The notes under the pieces are model-generated. The model was given only the letters and a program-made list of their open reading frames with translations, did not search any database and was not told the origin of the DNA. This document shows, piece by piece, positions 1 to 9,509 of a stretch of DNA of 64,000 nucleotides. The DNA is from a virus. Within the stretch, counting starts at the first letter, position 1. Every line of letters begins with the position of its first letter. The position numbers and the translations under genes were made by a program. Location of the stretch: IMG/VR virus record IMGVR_UViG_3300027861_000010, one strand, 5' to 3'.

Positions 1-4
1 TGCA

Positions 5-1564
5 ATGGCACTGGTAGCTCTGGGTCGTGACGCCCGAACCGGGGAAGAGTCTTCAGTCTACAGCATAGTTTCTCAGCTCAAGCAGATGGCTGAAGTACGC
101 GTAGAGATCCGCGGCAGCCTCGGGGATTGGTCACCACGAGGCGGAGCCAATGGAGGCAAACAACAATGGCCAGGCGGAACCCACACACTGTTCGTCGGGT
201 ATGTTTCAGGTACGAGTTACCGTCGTTCGCTGGGTCGTGTGAGTTTGGTACTCAACATGGTCAATCAGTTAGTTGACTTGTCGATGTCCTCAGGCGGAAG
301 TACGGACGTGGTTCCAGGTGCCCCTCACGATCTGATGTTGCCGACGTTGGCGGAAGGCCCGGGAGGTGAACCGATCGGTACCGCGGCAAGTAAGTTTATT
401 GACGAGCTGCCTACAGACCTGGATGTCGATTTCAGTGAAGGCGTACTTAAGTCACTTTATGAGGTCTCTCAAAACAATCAACTCCAGGTGCACAAAGCTT
501 GGTGTGACTTAGCCCCTACCGGGCCGGTTAATGACGAGCGGGCAAATACCAAAGCAGCCAGAGTGATTGAAGGCTTTGACAAGTGGAACGGCATTGAAGG
601 ATATGCAGGCGGTGCGGACGCTGCATACGCAAAACCTTACCCTCTCAACATCCACACCAAAGGTAAAGAACATACGGCCCAACGCATTGGCGATGTGATT
701 GCAGCCTCGTTGGCAGGTACAAGTATGTGGAGCATGCTAGTTGGTTCTTTAATTCCTGAATTCGGTGTCTTCATTATTCCGATAGCTCAAACAGCTTTCA
801 TGGCACCGATCATCCCTATGAATCGAGAAGCGGCCAAAATTATTGAACCAAACGACTACGCGGACTTCAATTTGAAAACGATGTCGCAGCGTCCGCTGTA
901 CGGTGTTGGCGTCATGGGTAATTATCAGACAGCGACCATAGGCAAGCCCGCTACGGACAACAAACAATGCGTCGGAGAGACTTTCGTAGCCAAAGCTGCT
1001 GACGGTGAAGACGCCAATGACGGCATGTGGATGTTTGTTCCGGCTCCTAAGTGGATGGATGACTGGACTAACTTCGATCCTGGAGCTCTCGACGGTGATG
1101 CTGGTATTGATAAGATGCTGGGCGAAGTGTCGCACGACGCCGTTGGCGTTAAAGACGCAGCCGTAGATCGAAATCCAGACGACGAAGTTGACGACTGGAA
1201 TGACGTCATGAAAAAGTACGCTCAAATGATGTACGCTCAAAACGCGTTGCGTGGCCGAGAAGGCACCATTGTGGGCAAGCTTCGATTTGATATCTGCCCT
1301 GGAACCACGCTTCTTGTAAAATCAAAAGGTGAGTTGAAGTCAGAGGGCGTAGATGAACTCGCTTCTGACCTTTACGGGCTAGTTTCAAGAGTCACGGTGA
1401 CGATTAACTCAGAGCAGGCTTCAGCGGCCACGACGTTGGAGCTAACTAATATCCGAACGGACGTAGAGAACCAGCAAGATCGCTTCTCGCTGGCTTCGCA
1501 TCCATTCTTTGATGATAACTTTTTTGAAACCGCCCCACTCGTACCAAGCCTGGAGGTTCCGTAA
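5..1564 (+). CDS. Probable baseplate hub / tail protein (may be 5'-truncated)
   Basis: 519-aa ORF whose frame is open to the window edge. The C-terminus (GTIVGKLRFDICPGTTLLVK...GLVSRVTVTIN...TTLELTNIR) resembles hub/late-control-D proteins, and it lies upstream of baseplate genes. Confidence 0.45.
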   Translation: MALVALGRDARTGEESSVYSIVSQLKQMAEVRVEIRGSLGDWSPRGGANGGKQQWPGGTHTLFVGYVSGTSYRRSLGRVSLVLNMVNQLVDLSMSSGGSTDVVPGAPHDLMLPTLAEGPGGEPIGTAASKFIDELPTDLDVDFSEGVLKSLYEVSQNNQLQVHKAWCDLAPTGPVNDERANTKAARVIEGFDKWNGIEGYAGGADAAYAKPYPLNIHTKGKEHTAQRIGDVIAASLAGTSMWSMLVGSLIPEFGVFIIPIAQTAFMAPIIPMNREAAKIIEPNDYADFNLKTMSQRPLYGVGVMGNYQTATIGKPATDNKQCVGETFVAKAADGEDANDGMWMFVPAPKWMDDWTNFDPGALDGDAGIDKMLGEVSHDAVGVKDAAVDRNPDDEVDDWNDVMKKYAQMMYAQNALRGREGTIVGKLRFDICPGTTLLVKSKGELKSEGVDELASDLYGLVSRVTVTINSEQASAATTLELTNIRTDVENQQDRFSLASHPFFDDNFFETAPLVPSLEVP

Positions 1565-2319
1565 TGGACAGCATGAACAGCATGGGCAACTACCTGGAGG
1601 AAGAGTACCGACCAGCGTATGACGCTTGGCAGGCGGATCAGACTCCACAAGGGAATGCCACTTTCTTGAAGGCTATTGATCCTGTGGTTCAAAAGGGCGT
1701 CAAGATGTACGGCAACGAGAGCCCGTTAGCGGCCAGTCGTGCAAGGCTTATGGCGTTGGAAGCTGCTCGTAAATACGACCCAAAGCGATCCCGTCTCCAG
1801 TCTCACATGCTCAATCAACTTCAAGGGCTCCGTCGTGTCTCACGGCAACAACATCAAGTGATGCGGACACCTGAGCGAGTGTTGTTGGAAAGTAATCGGC
1901 TGCGTCAGTACTCTCAAGAGATGGAAGACGAAACTGGACGGGAGCCCACCGATGCCGAACTGTCTGACCGCCTCGGCATCTCCCTGCAACGACTGAAGAA
2001 GATTCGACAATACCAGCCCGGCATGAGTACGGGGCAGGCTGAGAATGTTGATCCAATGCAGGGTCAACCGGCCAGCACCATGCCTGGACAGCAGGAAAGC
2101 GAAGAATACTGGGCTCAGATTGTTTACATGGATATTGGTCCGATGGATCAGAAGATCATGGAGTGGACGCTCGGTATGAATGGTCACAAGAAACTATCGA
2201 ACCAGGAGATTGCCAAGAAGCTCAACCGAAGCCCCGGGGCAATCACCCAACGCAAAATGCGGATTCAGAATTTGCTGAATCAAGAGCAAGACCTTTCACC
2301 ATTTGTCGTATCGGAGTAG
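1564..2319 (+). CDS. Phage sigma-70-family sigma factor (FliA/WhiG/SigB-like)
   Basis: Region 2-like KYDPKRSRLQSHMLNQLQGLRR...MRTPERV, region 3 GREPTDAELSDRLGISLQRL and region 4 HTH LSNQEIAKKLNRSPGAITQRK. Confidence 0.8.
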   Translation: MDSMNSMGNYLEEEYRPAYDAWQADQTPQGNATFLKAIDPVVQKGVKMYGNESPLAASRARLMALEAARKYDPKRSRLQSHMLNQLQGLRRVSRQQHQVMRTPERVLLESNRLRQYSQEMEDETGREPTDAELSDRLGISLQRLKKIRQYQPGMSTGQAENVDPMQGQPASTMPGQQESEEYWAQIVYMDIGPMDQKIMEWTLGMNGHKKLSNQEIAKKLNRSPGAITQRKMRIQNLLNQEQDLSPFVVSE

Positions 2320-2322
2320 AGC

Positions 2323-2790
2323 ATGCCGCAGAAAGGACTTGTCGATCCCAACTTGGATGCCTTGATTCGTCACATTGCGAATATCAAGAAAGAAGCATTC
2401 GAGAAGCGAACGAATAACGAAGCTGTTCCGTGGTCTCGCCCGCCGCTGGAAGAATGGGACGGCGATCTGCAGACAGAGGGTGCTTTGATTGACATGCACA
2501 AGGCTTTCAATACAGACAAAGCCGAAGAAGCATTGATTGAAGCGTTCACTCCTGGAGACGCCGGGAACAGTTCAGACGGGATCGTCCTAAGCCTTCAGAT
2601 TGATTACGCTGCTCAGGCGGAACGGGCTTTTCGAGCTCGCAATACGCAAACATTCCCAAGAGCGTTGGCTCACTACTCTACTCGAGAAAAAGGTCATGGT
2701 CAGGACAATGGGGCGTTGATCGGTCAGGCTCTTGACTACTTCACCCACATCATCAAGCAAGGGTCCGAAGGATCAGGAGGATCGGTATGA
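2323..2790 (+). CDS. Hypothetical protein in baseplate operon
   Basis: 155-aa ORF tightly packed between the sigma factor and the gp25-like gene. Confidence 0.65.
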   Translation: MPQKGLVDPNLDALIRHIANIKKEAFEKRTNNEAVPWSRPPLEEWDGDLQTEGALIDMHKAFNTDKAEEALIEAFTPGDAGNSSDGIVLSLQIDYAAQAERAFRARNTQTFPRALAHYSTREKGHGQDNGALIGQALDYFTHIIKQGSEGSGGSV

Positions 2791-3272
2791 GACTTTCTGC
2801 GAGCGTGAAAGATTACGTCGGACGCACGGTCGACTACTTGGCTTTTGACGATGCTCGAGCCAGTGGCGATACGTTGTTGACACAGGCCTTGGTTCAGCCC
2901 GGCGAGTCCGGTGCCTTGATCACAGGTATTGAAAAGCTGGTGCAGCGGTTCCTGGTTGAACTATTGACCGAGCAAGGCTCACTGGACTATCAGTTATCCC
3001 GAGGCACGTTCTTTATGACGGCTCTGCGGGCAGGAACCGTGCGGACGTCACAGGAGCTGTTCTCTTTGTTCAGTTCTGCCGAGGTAGATGTACGAGACAA
3101 CCTGAAACTGGAAGAAGACTTTGCGAACGACCCTCCGGATGAACGTTACGCCAGAGCTGAATTGATTTCGGCTTCATTGTTCGGTGACTCCGCTACATTG
3201 AACATTAGAATAGATAGCGTGGCCGGAGAGTCGCGAACTGTCATTTATCCGCTGCGGGTCACGGCAATTTGA
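2787..3272 (+). CDS. Baseplate wedge subunit, gp25/gp46-like
   Basis: ITGIEKLVQRFLVELLTEQGS...RGT.F pattern, 161 aa, immediately before a baseplate J-like gene. Confidence 0.6.
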   Translation: MRLSASVKDYVGRTVDYLAFDDARASGDTLLTQALVQPGESGALITGIEKLVQRFLVELLTEQGSLDYQLSRGTFFMTALRAGTVRTSQELFSLFSSAEVDVRDNLKLEEDFANDPPDERYARAELISASLFGDSATLNIRIDSVAGESRTVIYPLRVTAI

Positions 3273-3282
3273 GGAACCAACG

Positions 3283-4944
3283 ATGACACTTACCATTTCC
3301 AACTTTGAAGTTTCCGACTTAACCCAGCTCGACAATGCTGATGTCAATCAGTTGCTCGAACGGTTGGCGGAACAACTTCAAGAGCTGAATCCAAACCTGG
3401 ACTTGAAACGCGGTGTGTTCAAAGACACCGTTGCGTACTATCACGCAATTTTGGAAACAGCGATCCGCACCAACCTGGAGCGATATCAGTCTGCTCGCAG
3501 TCTGCAACAGATTGCGGCTGACCCCACCTTGGCCGACGATGATGTCGTCAACGAGGTGTTATCGAATTGGGGAGTTACTCGTCGGATCGGAACCAAAGCC
3601 ACAGGTTCAGTCACGATCGAGTTGAGTGCTTCTCGAACGGTCACCGTACCTGAGGGTTTCATATTTGAAGCTGCCGGTCAGCAGTATGCGGCCACGGCAA
3701 CTTTTGTCGCTCGACCGGCTGCTGGACAAGTCGCGACTGTGAATGACAGACTGCTGGTCCAGCTCAACAACGGCAATTGGGCTTTCGTTGTTGACGTAGA
3801 AGCCGCAGAGGTCGGTACTGAGTACAAACTCAATGCCGGGGATCTGATTGTGCCAGATCGAACACTGGTCAACTACGTTACCAGTTACGCTACCTCAACC
3901 TTCAGTGACGGTACCAACACTGAGACCAATGCTGAGTTGATTAACGAGCTGCAACTAGGGTTGGCCGCTAAGACTCTGTCCAATCGCACAAACATGCGGT
4001 CATGGCTTCGATCTATTCCGGCCTACGAGTCAGCCACCAACCAATCAATCGTAGGTTACGGCGATCCTGAGATGTTACGGGACAAGCATACAATCTTTCC
4101 GATCAGCTACGGCGGTCGGGTGGACTGGTATGTTCGAGGGCAGTCGGCACTACAACGTTCGGCCCAACAAGTAACCGCCACCTTGATTTCAATTGTCGGG
4201 AATGTCAGTACCTGGCAGTTTTCCATCACCAAGTCAATCTTCCCGGGCTTCTATGAGGTCGAGCGTATCCGGAGACTGGCTGACTCCAGCTTAAATTCCG
4301 GATTTGAGATTGTTGCGGACAACCGCGGCAATGACCTGACCGGCGACGGGTTCGTTCCGGACATCCTCACAATAGCCGAGGGAGCCTATTCCGCGTTCCA
4401 AACCACCACAATTCAGTTTGAGGATACGGCTACGGCGGTGTCTGGTCTGACTCTTGGCGACACAGCTGAATACCTCTGCGAGATTACTGGCGTTCCTTTG
4501 ATTGCCGAACTTCAAACGGAGGTTTCGAGTCGTGATATTCGTAGTTATGCCGCAGACGCCCTGATTAAAGCTCCTGTGCCTTGTTTTGTTGACATTACCT
4601 TTACAATCAACAAAGCAGCCGGAGACGCTGCTCCTGATGTGGATGGGATCAAGGCGGCCCTAGTTTCCGAAGTCAATAACATGGGGTTCATAGGCCGTTT
4701 GGACGGGTCTCATCTGGTAGACTTGGTTCATAATTTCATTATCGACGACGTCAGTGTGACGGACCTTGATCTTTTTGGTCGTGTACGCCGACCGGACGGT
4801 TCGATACAATATCTACGTGATGCAGATTCGTTGGCGATTCCGGAACAACCGGATAAGATGGTCACCGCGAAGACAGTCCAATTCTTTACCGAAGTGTCGA
4901 GGATCTCGATCAACGTTCAATCGGTAATTCCAACAGCAAATTAA
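3283..4944 (+). CDS. Baseplate J-like / wedge protein
   Basis: GVTRRIGTKATGSVTI, VEAAEVGTEYKLNAG and DGTNTETNAEL motifs typical of baseplate J/gp6-like proteins. Confidence 0.8.
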   Translation: MTLTISNFEVSDLTQLDNADVNQLLERLAEQLQELNPNLDLKRGVFKDTVAYYHAILETAIRTNLERYQSARSLQQIAADPTLADDDVVNEVLSNWGVTRRIGTKATGSVTIELSASRTVTVPEGFIFEAAGQQYAATATFVARPAAGQVATVNDRLLVQLNNGNWAFVVDVEAAEVGTEYKLNAGDLIVPDRTLVNYVTSYATSTFSDGTNTETNAELINELQLGLAAKTLSNRTNMRSWLRSIPAYESATNQSIVGYGDPEMLRDKHTIFPISYGGRVDWYVRGQSALQRSAQQVTATLISIVGNVSTWQFSITKSIFPGFYEVERIRRLADSSLNSGFEIVADNRGNDLTGDGFVPDILTIAEGAYSAFQTTTIQFEDTATAVSGLTLGDTAEYLCEITGVPLIAELQTEVSSRDIRSYAADALIKAPVPCFVDITFTINKAAGDAAPDVDGIKAALVSEVNNMGFIGRLDGSHLVDLVHNFIIDDVSVTDLDLFGRVRRPDGSIQYLRDADSLAIPEQPDKMVTAKTVQFFTEVSRISINVQSVIPTAN

Positions 4945-4959
4945 GCAGGAGGCTTTACA

Positions 4960-5910
4960 GTGACACCCGCTAAAGGCAAGAAAGAAGCTCAACGACTTCT
5001 TCTCAAAACTTCCCTGCCCGAAGGGCAGAGTGCTCAGCAACTCAAGTTCTCGGTCGATTACTTGTCATTCTTCGGCTACATCGCTGTTGAATTGCTGAAG
5101 AACATGAACATGAAGGACCTCGAGAAGGCTGTCAAAACCTTCCAACGCTGGTTCGGATTGAAAGCTGACGGGGTTGTCGGACCCATGACGCTTCGAGCGA
5201 TGGAAATTCCTCGCTGCGGTTGTCCTGATGTTATCGACGAAGCCAACAACGTCCATAAACAGTACATGCAGATGCAGGCCGTCATCGAAGAGAACATGGC
5301 CAAGTGGAACAAGAAGGGCCTGACGTACGCCGTGCATAGCTATGTCGGAGGAATGTCCAAGACGGCTCAGCTTAAAATCTTTGCGGGAGCCTGGAAAGCG
5401 TGGGACGACGTTTGTGGTTTGAACATCCAAGCTATTGGTGATGTTGACAAAGCCGACCTGGTACTCAGTACCGGCTCTGGTTCTCGTCATAGCTTTGACG
5501 GACGTGGCGGCACTTTAGCCTGGGCTTACTTGCCCAACGGACGCGATCGCCAACTGCTGATGCGGTTCGATTTGGCAGAAACCTGGATCAGTAATCCACG
5601 GGAACGTGGTATTCTATTATTCAACGTCGCTTGTCATGAGTTCGGTCACATGATCGGTTTGACGCACTCCAAGAAAAAGGGAGCATTGATGGCTCCCTAT
5701 TACAATCCAGGGGTGGCAGTGCCGCAGTGGGATGACGATATTCCACGAGCAGAAGCCCGCTACGGGAAGGACACGGCACCGCAACCGCCAAAACCGCCAA
5801 AACCGCCAAAGCCCGATCCCGGAACTCCCGGCACGGATGATGAGGAGATATTCCATGTACAATGCAAAGGGCTCAAAGTCGATGGGTACACGCTTTTTGC
5901 AGATAAGTAG
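4960..5910 (+). CDS. Matrixin (M10A, MMP-like) zinc metalloprotease with PG-binding-like prodomain and cysteine switch
   Basis: AVKTFQRWFGLKADGVVGPMT prodomain, PRCGCPD cysteine switch (5209-5229), DGRGGTLAWA, HEFGHMIGLTH zinc motif (5635-5667) and ALMAPY Met-turn. GTG start after AGGAGG. Confidence 0.9.
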   Translation: MTPAKGKKEAQRLLLKTSLPEGQSAQQLKFSVDYLSFFGYIAVELLKNMNMKDLEKAVKTFQRWFGLKADGVVGPMTLRAMEIPRCGCPDVIDEANNVHKQYMQMQAVIEENMAKWNKKGLTYAVHSYVGGMSKTAQLKIFAGAWKAWDDVCGLNIQAIGDVDKADLVLSTGSGSRHSFDGRGGTLAWAYLPNGRDRQLLMRFDLAETWISNPRERGILLFNVACHEFGHMIGLTHSKKKGALMAPYYNPGVAVPQWDDDIPRAEARYGKDTAPQPPKPPKPPKPDPGTPGTDDEEIFHVQCKGLKVDGYTLFADK

Positions 5911-7792
5911 TCTGCTGCTGCTGTGGACTTCGAGCTTACTGGGGCAGGACAAACCGGTTGAAGGTCTCGACAAGCAATTGCAAATAGAAAAGCCAACGCC
6001 GGAGCAGGAAGCGGCGGTTCTTGATGCAGTCAAAGAGGTCGTAGATGCTGTCGCTCCAGCTCCCGCAGAGAACCAAGCAGCTGAACTGAAGATTACACTT
6101 CTTTCGACACCGGACGATGCCGTTCGGGCTGCCGCGGCTGATCTTGCGGGTTTGAAAAAGCTTGCGGAAGACAATGGAGTTGTTGATTTCGATACAACAC
6201 CTTATCGCTACGTCTGGATTCCTGACGCGAACCCAGAGGACTTGGCCTTGGTATCCTTTGTCTTGAATTCGGTAGTGTCCAGGAGTGACGTCAACTACAC
6301 GCCGAACCGACGCAACAGTCCGATCCAATTCGTTAACGGAAATAAGCTTGTCAGGGTTAACATGGCGATCTTGTCTCCGCTAAACGGCGGAGCCGGGTTG
6401 CTCGACACGTTGGCGACGTGGGATAAAATGTTCAACCCGTACTTCATGCTGGAGAAGCAGGAAGCTAATCGAGAAGTCACCACATCAATCCAGAAGCGTG
6501 TATCTGTTGAGCCTTACGTTGCTGACGACGGCAAGACGTACGATTACAAGATTCAGAATGTCGAAGTCAAAACGGAAGAGGCAGTCTTCGCTGAGGACAA
6601 GGTTTTTGGTCCGCACATTGACGTAGACAACGGGGCGTTACTCAAGACGATGACGGCAGCTAAGAACCCCATCATCTGGTGCCACACGCTTTACCAACAG
6701 GCTCTGACTACTGCTGACGGCGGACTTTATTATGAGTTCATGAATCTGCGTAAAGCTCCCAAAGCTACGGAAGGTAAACCTCAACTATCCGATCAGGCTT
6801 TCTGGTTAAGCGGGCTCGGGATTAGCGAAAAATTGATTGATCAGCTGCGGGCAGACCAGCGGGCAGCCATGACCCGATCCAATGTGACAGCAAAGCCGCG
6901 ACGAGTAGATGTGTTCAATCGCCCTAGCCGATCAAGCAACAATCAAGGTATCATTGCGATTACTCAGGATATGTTCGATGCGGACTACAAGACCGCAGCT
7001 GATCCGTTCCTGAATTTGCTGGAGTTCAAGACGTCCGGACGGGAAGTTGTCTTCGAGAGAAACAACGGCCACCTGGGTTACATCTTGTTCAACGGCGAAG
7101 GGGGTTTGGTGGACGAAGCTCCGCCGCAATTGGTTGCAGATCACACGATTCCAGCCCCGAATACTGCTCGGCTCCAGCCGGGTATTTCATGTATTCGGTG
7201 CCACGGGAAAGGAGAAGATCAAGGTTGGAAACCGTTCGAGAACCACGTACAGCAAGCGATGACTGGTTTCTTGAATGTTTACAACGACCGTCAGGGTGAA
7301 GCGGACAACCTCACAATCCCTGGTACTTTGCAGAAGCTGGCACGACTGTATGCGGGTGACTTGGATAAGCCACTGCGGCGTGCTCGCGAAGACCATACTG
7401 ATGCTATCGTGGTTTGTACAGCAGGAGTTGTGCAAACCAAAGAAGGAAAACCTTGGGGTTTTCGAGAAGTTTCTGAAGCTCTTGCTGAGCGATTCATTTA
7501 CTACTCGTACACTCCGGTTACGCCACTCAAAGCTTGTCGAGAGATGGGCTATGAAGTGACGGATGACGAAGCGGCAGTGACGTTGGTCAATCGGCTATTG
7601 GGTTTTCTGAACACAAACCCCGATGTCAATGTCACACCGGAAGATGTCCGAGTCGGACTTTTGAAACTCAACATTCCGATCAACCGTTTCCAGTGGGAAT
7701 TGATCTATGTTGATGCAATGACTCGGTCTAATGTTAATTCACAACAACTCAACCTGACTCCACAACAACCCGCGGAGAAGAAGGAAGAGTAA
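5882..7792 (+). CDS. Secreted c-type heme (CxxCH) protein, Planctomycete-type
   Basis: Start refined to ATG 5882 (MGTRFLQISSLLLLWTSSLLGQ, signal-peptide-like). Single CIRCH motif at 7190-7204 in a GHLGYILFNGEG...DEAP...D...LQPGISCIRCHG context. Confidence 0.65.
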   Translation: MGTRFLQISSLLLLWTSSLLGQDKPVEGLDKQLQIEKPTPEQEAAVLDAVKEVVDAVAPAPAENQAAELKITLLSTPDDAVRAAAADLAGLKKLAEDNGVVDFDTTPYRYVWIPDANPEDLALVSFVLNSVVSRSDVNYTPNRRNSPIQFVNGNKLVRVNMAILSPLNGGAGLLDTLATWDKMFNPYFMLEKQEANREVTTSIQKRVSVEPYVADDGKTYDYKIQNVEVKTEEAVFAEDKVFGPHIDVDNGALLKTMTAAKNPIIWCHTLYQQALTTADGGLYYEFMNLRKAPKATEGKPQLSDQAFWLSGLGISEKLIDQLRADQRAAMTRSNVTAKPRRVDVFNRPSRSSNNQGIIAITQDMFDADYKTAADPFLNLLEFKTSGREVVFERNNGHLGYILFNGEGGLVDEAPPQLVADHTIPAPNTARLQPGISCIRCHGKGEDQGWKPFENHVQQAMTGFLNVYNDRQGEADNLTIPGTLQKLARLYAGDLDKPLRRAREDHTDAIVVCTAGVVQTKEGKPWGFREVSEALAERFIYYSYTPVTPLKACREMGYEVTDDEAAVTLVNRLLGFLNTNPDVNVTPEDVRVGLLKLNIPINRFQWELIYVDAMTRSNVNSQQLNLTPQQPAEKKEE

Positions 7793-7826
7793 TTTCAAGG
7801 ACGTTCTCGAGGAAGGAGACTCACCG

Positions 7827-8939
7827 ATGCGAAGTATCATTTTCATTTTGATGACACTGTTTGCGTGCCCAGCTTTTGCGAGCGACGGGCTTTACAACGG
7901 ACTGGTTCAAGACGGTTACACATTCAACGACGGATTGTGGTACCAAGGGAACAAGGCCTTCGTTAGATCCAGGAAAACCTTTTCGTTTTTCGACGGTCAT
8001 CGACAGTGCCTGACTACCCGTTACGTGTTCCAACCTGCCCCAGCTACTTTGATTGGGAAGCCGATTGAAGGGTGGCGTAAAGAGCTGCTGGATCTGAAAG
8101 CTAACCGAGATAAGTGGGAAGCTGATATCAAGGCCAGTCAGGAGGAGCAGAAGGAGTTCCTGGAAACCGTCGAAGCTCTCGGCTTGGGCGACTATTACGG
8201 AACCGATACTTCGTATCCGAGCCCACTTGGGCAGAAGCCAGGATACGGACAGCAAGGTGCCTACGGAAATCTCGAAGGCTCTTCGATGACTTACAACGCC
8301 CCGTTGGCCGCTCAAGGTAACACCCTCTACGGCTACGATCAGTACGCTCAAACTTACCCTGACGTCAATCTTCAGGTGTTGTATAATCAAGCGAACAACC
8401 TGGCTCGTAACGCTCAGAGTTTGTCTTCGGATGCTACCGGCGACTTCTCTGCAATTGTGTTCCAGGAAGGTAGGCGACAGGAGGAGATCGCAAAGATCAT
8501 CGCCCGTGGTCGGGTAGCCGCTCAGGTATTGCAATTACTGCAGGACCCAAGAGCGGAGCTGAAAGTTGATCAATGGCGATTACAACGGCGAGGCGAAGGT
8601 GGAGATTGGGAAGTTGTCCCTGGGACAAAGACTCCTCCGCCAACCGAACCTAACGACGACGAGATCATGCTCAACCAGGAGCAAAAGGTTAAGTTGTTCG
8701 GTATCGTGACAAACAATTGTCTTGCTTGTCACAGTGCGGACAAAAAGAAAGCTGGTCTGGATATGACTAGATTCTTGTCGTTCGATAAACTTACGCGACA
8801 ACGCATCGTGAAAACGCTGACGGCAGAAAATCCGGATGATCGGATGCCGAAAGCTGAAGGCGGTGTTCCTGGCAAACCTTTGTCTAAAGAGGAAATTGAT
8901 CTGTTCTACGCGGCGGCTGGCCTGGTCCGCGAAGAATGA
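7827..8939 (+). CDS. Secreted protein with C-terminal Planctomycete cytochrome c-like domain
   Basis: Signal peptide MRSIIFILMTLFACPAFA; NNCLACHSADKKKAGLDM...RMPK with CxxCH at 8718-8732 and a distal MP ligand candidate. Confidence 0.65.
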   Translation: MRSIIFILMTLFACPAFASDGLYNGLVQDGYTFNDGLWYQGNKAFVRSRKTFSFFDGHRQCLTTRYVFQPAPATLIGKPIEGWRKELLDLKANRDKWEADIKASQEEQKEFLETVEALGLGDYYGTDTSYPSPLGQKPGYGQQGAYGNLEGSSMTYNAPLAAQGNTLYGYDQYAQTYPDVNLQVLYNQANNLARNAQSLSSDATGDFSAIVFQEGRRQEEIAKIIARGRVAAQVLQLLQDPRAELKVDQWRLQRRGEGGDWEVVPGTKTPPPTEPNDDEIMLNQEQKVKLFGIVTNNCLACHSADKKKAGLDMTRFLSFDKLTRQRIVKTLTAENPDDRMPKAEGGVPGKPLSKEEIDLFYAAAGLVREE

Positions 8940-8980
8940 AGTTTTAACAGGCTGATTACACAGCAAACACGGAGGAAGTC

Positions 8981-9430
8981 ATGAAGACGATTATTGCTGC
9001 CCTAGTCGCTATTGCGTTACTTTGGACAGGTAATGTGGCGACGGCTCAAACGTTAGGATTTTCTGGATCGAATGTGCATTCCCGGGTTCAGGCACTTGAT
9101 GCCCGAGTCCAGGCCATTCAACTCCAGCAACAAGCAAAGTTGGCTCGACAAGTGCAATTCATTCAGCAGCAACAGCTCGTGGCTGCCAATGCGGTGAACG
9201 TGCATTCTCAGTTGGCCCAGCTACGAGCCCTTCAACAGGCTCAGAATTTTAATGCCTTGGGTTTGAATAACATTTACGGCGGGGTGCATCAGTCTGCATT
9301 GATTGCTGCCCCAGGCGTACACCATCAAGCGGCCCAGGTTGTTGTTCAGCAGCCCGTTGTTGTCAGACAACAGGTTGTGAGGCGGCAAGTCTGTCAGCCG
9401 AGGTTGTTATTCAGGTCTAGGTGTAGGTAA
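8981..9430 (+). CDS. Secreted Gln/Val-rich small protein
   Basis: Signal peptide MKTIIAALVAIALLWTGNVATA, low-complexity Q-rich body, Cys/Arg C-terminus; GGAGG RBS. Confidence 0.7.
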   Translation: MKTIIAALVAIALLWTGNVATAQTLGFSGSNVHSRVQALDARVQAIQLQQQAKLARQVQFIQQQQLVAANAVNVHSQLAQLRALQQAQNFNALGLNNIYGGVHQSALIAAPGVHHQAAQVVVQQPVVVRQQVVRRQVCQPRLLFRSRCR

Positions 9431-9457
9431 GAATCCGAAGCGGTAGCCTAACCTTAC

Positions 9458-9495
9458 AAGGCTCACCGGTCCTAACCGGCTGGTGAGCCTTTTTT
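9458..9495 (+). terminator. Rho-independent terminator
   Basis: AAGGCTCACC...GGTGAGCCTT stem followed by a T-tract. Confidence 0.75.
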
Positions 9496-9509
9496 CTTAT
9501 GGAGTGAAA

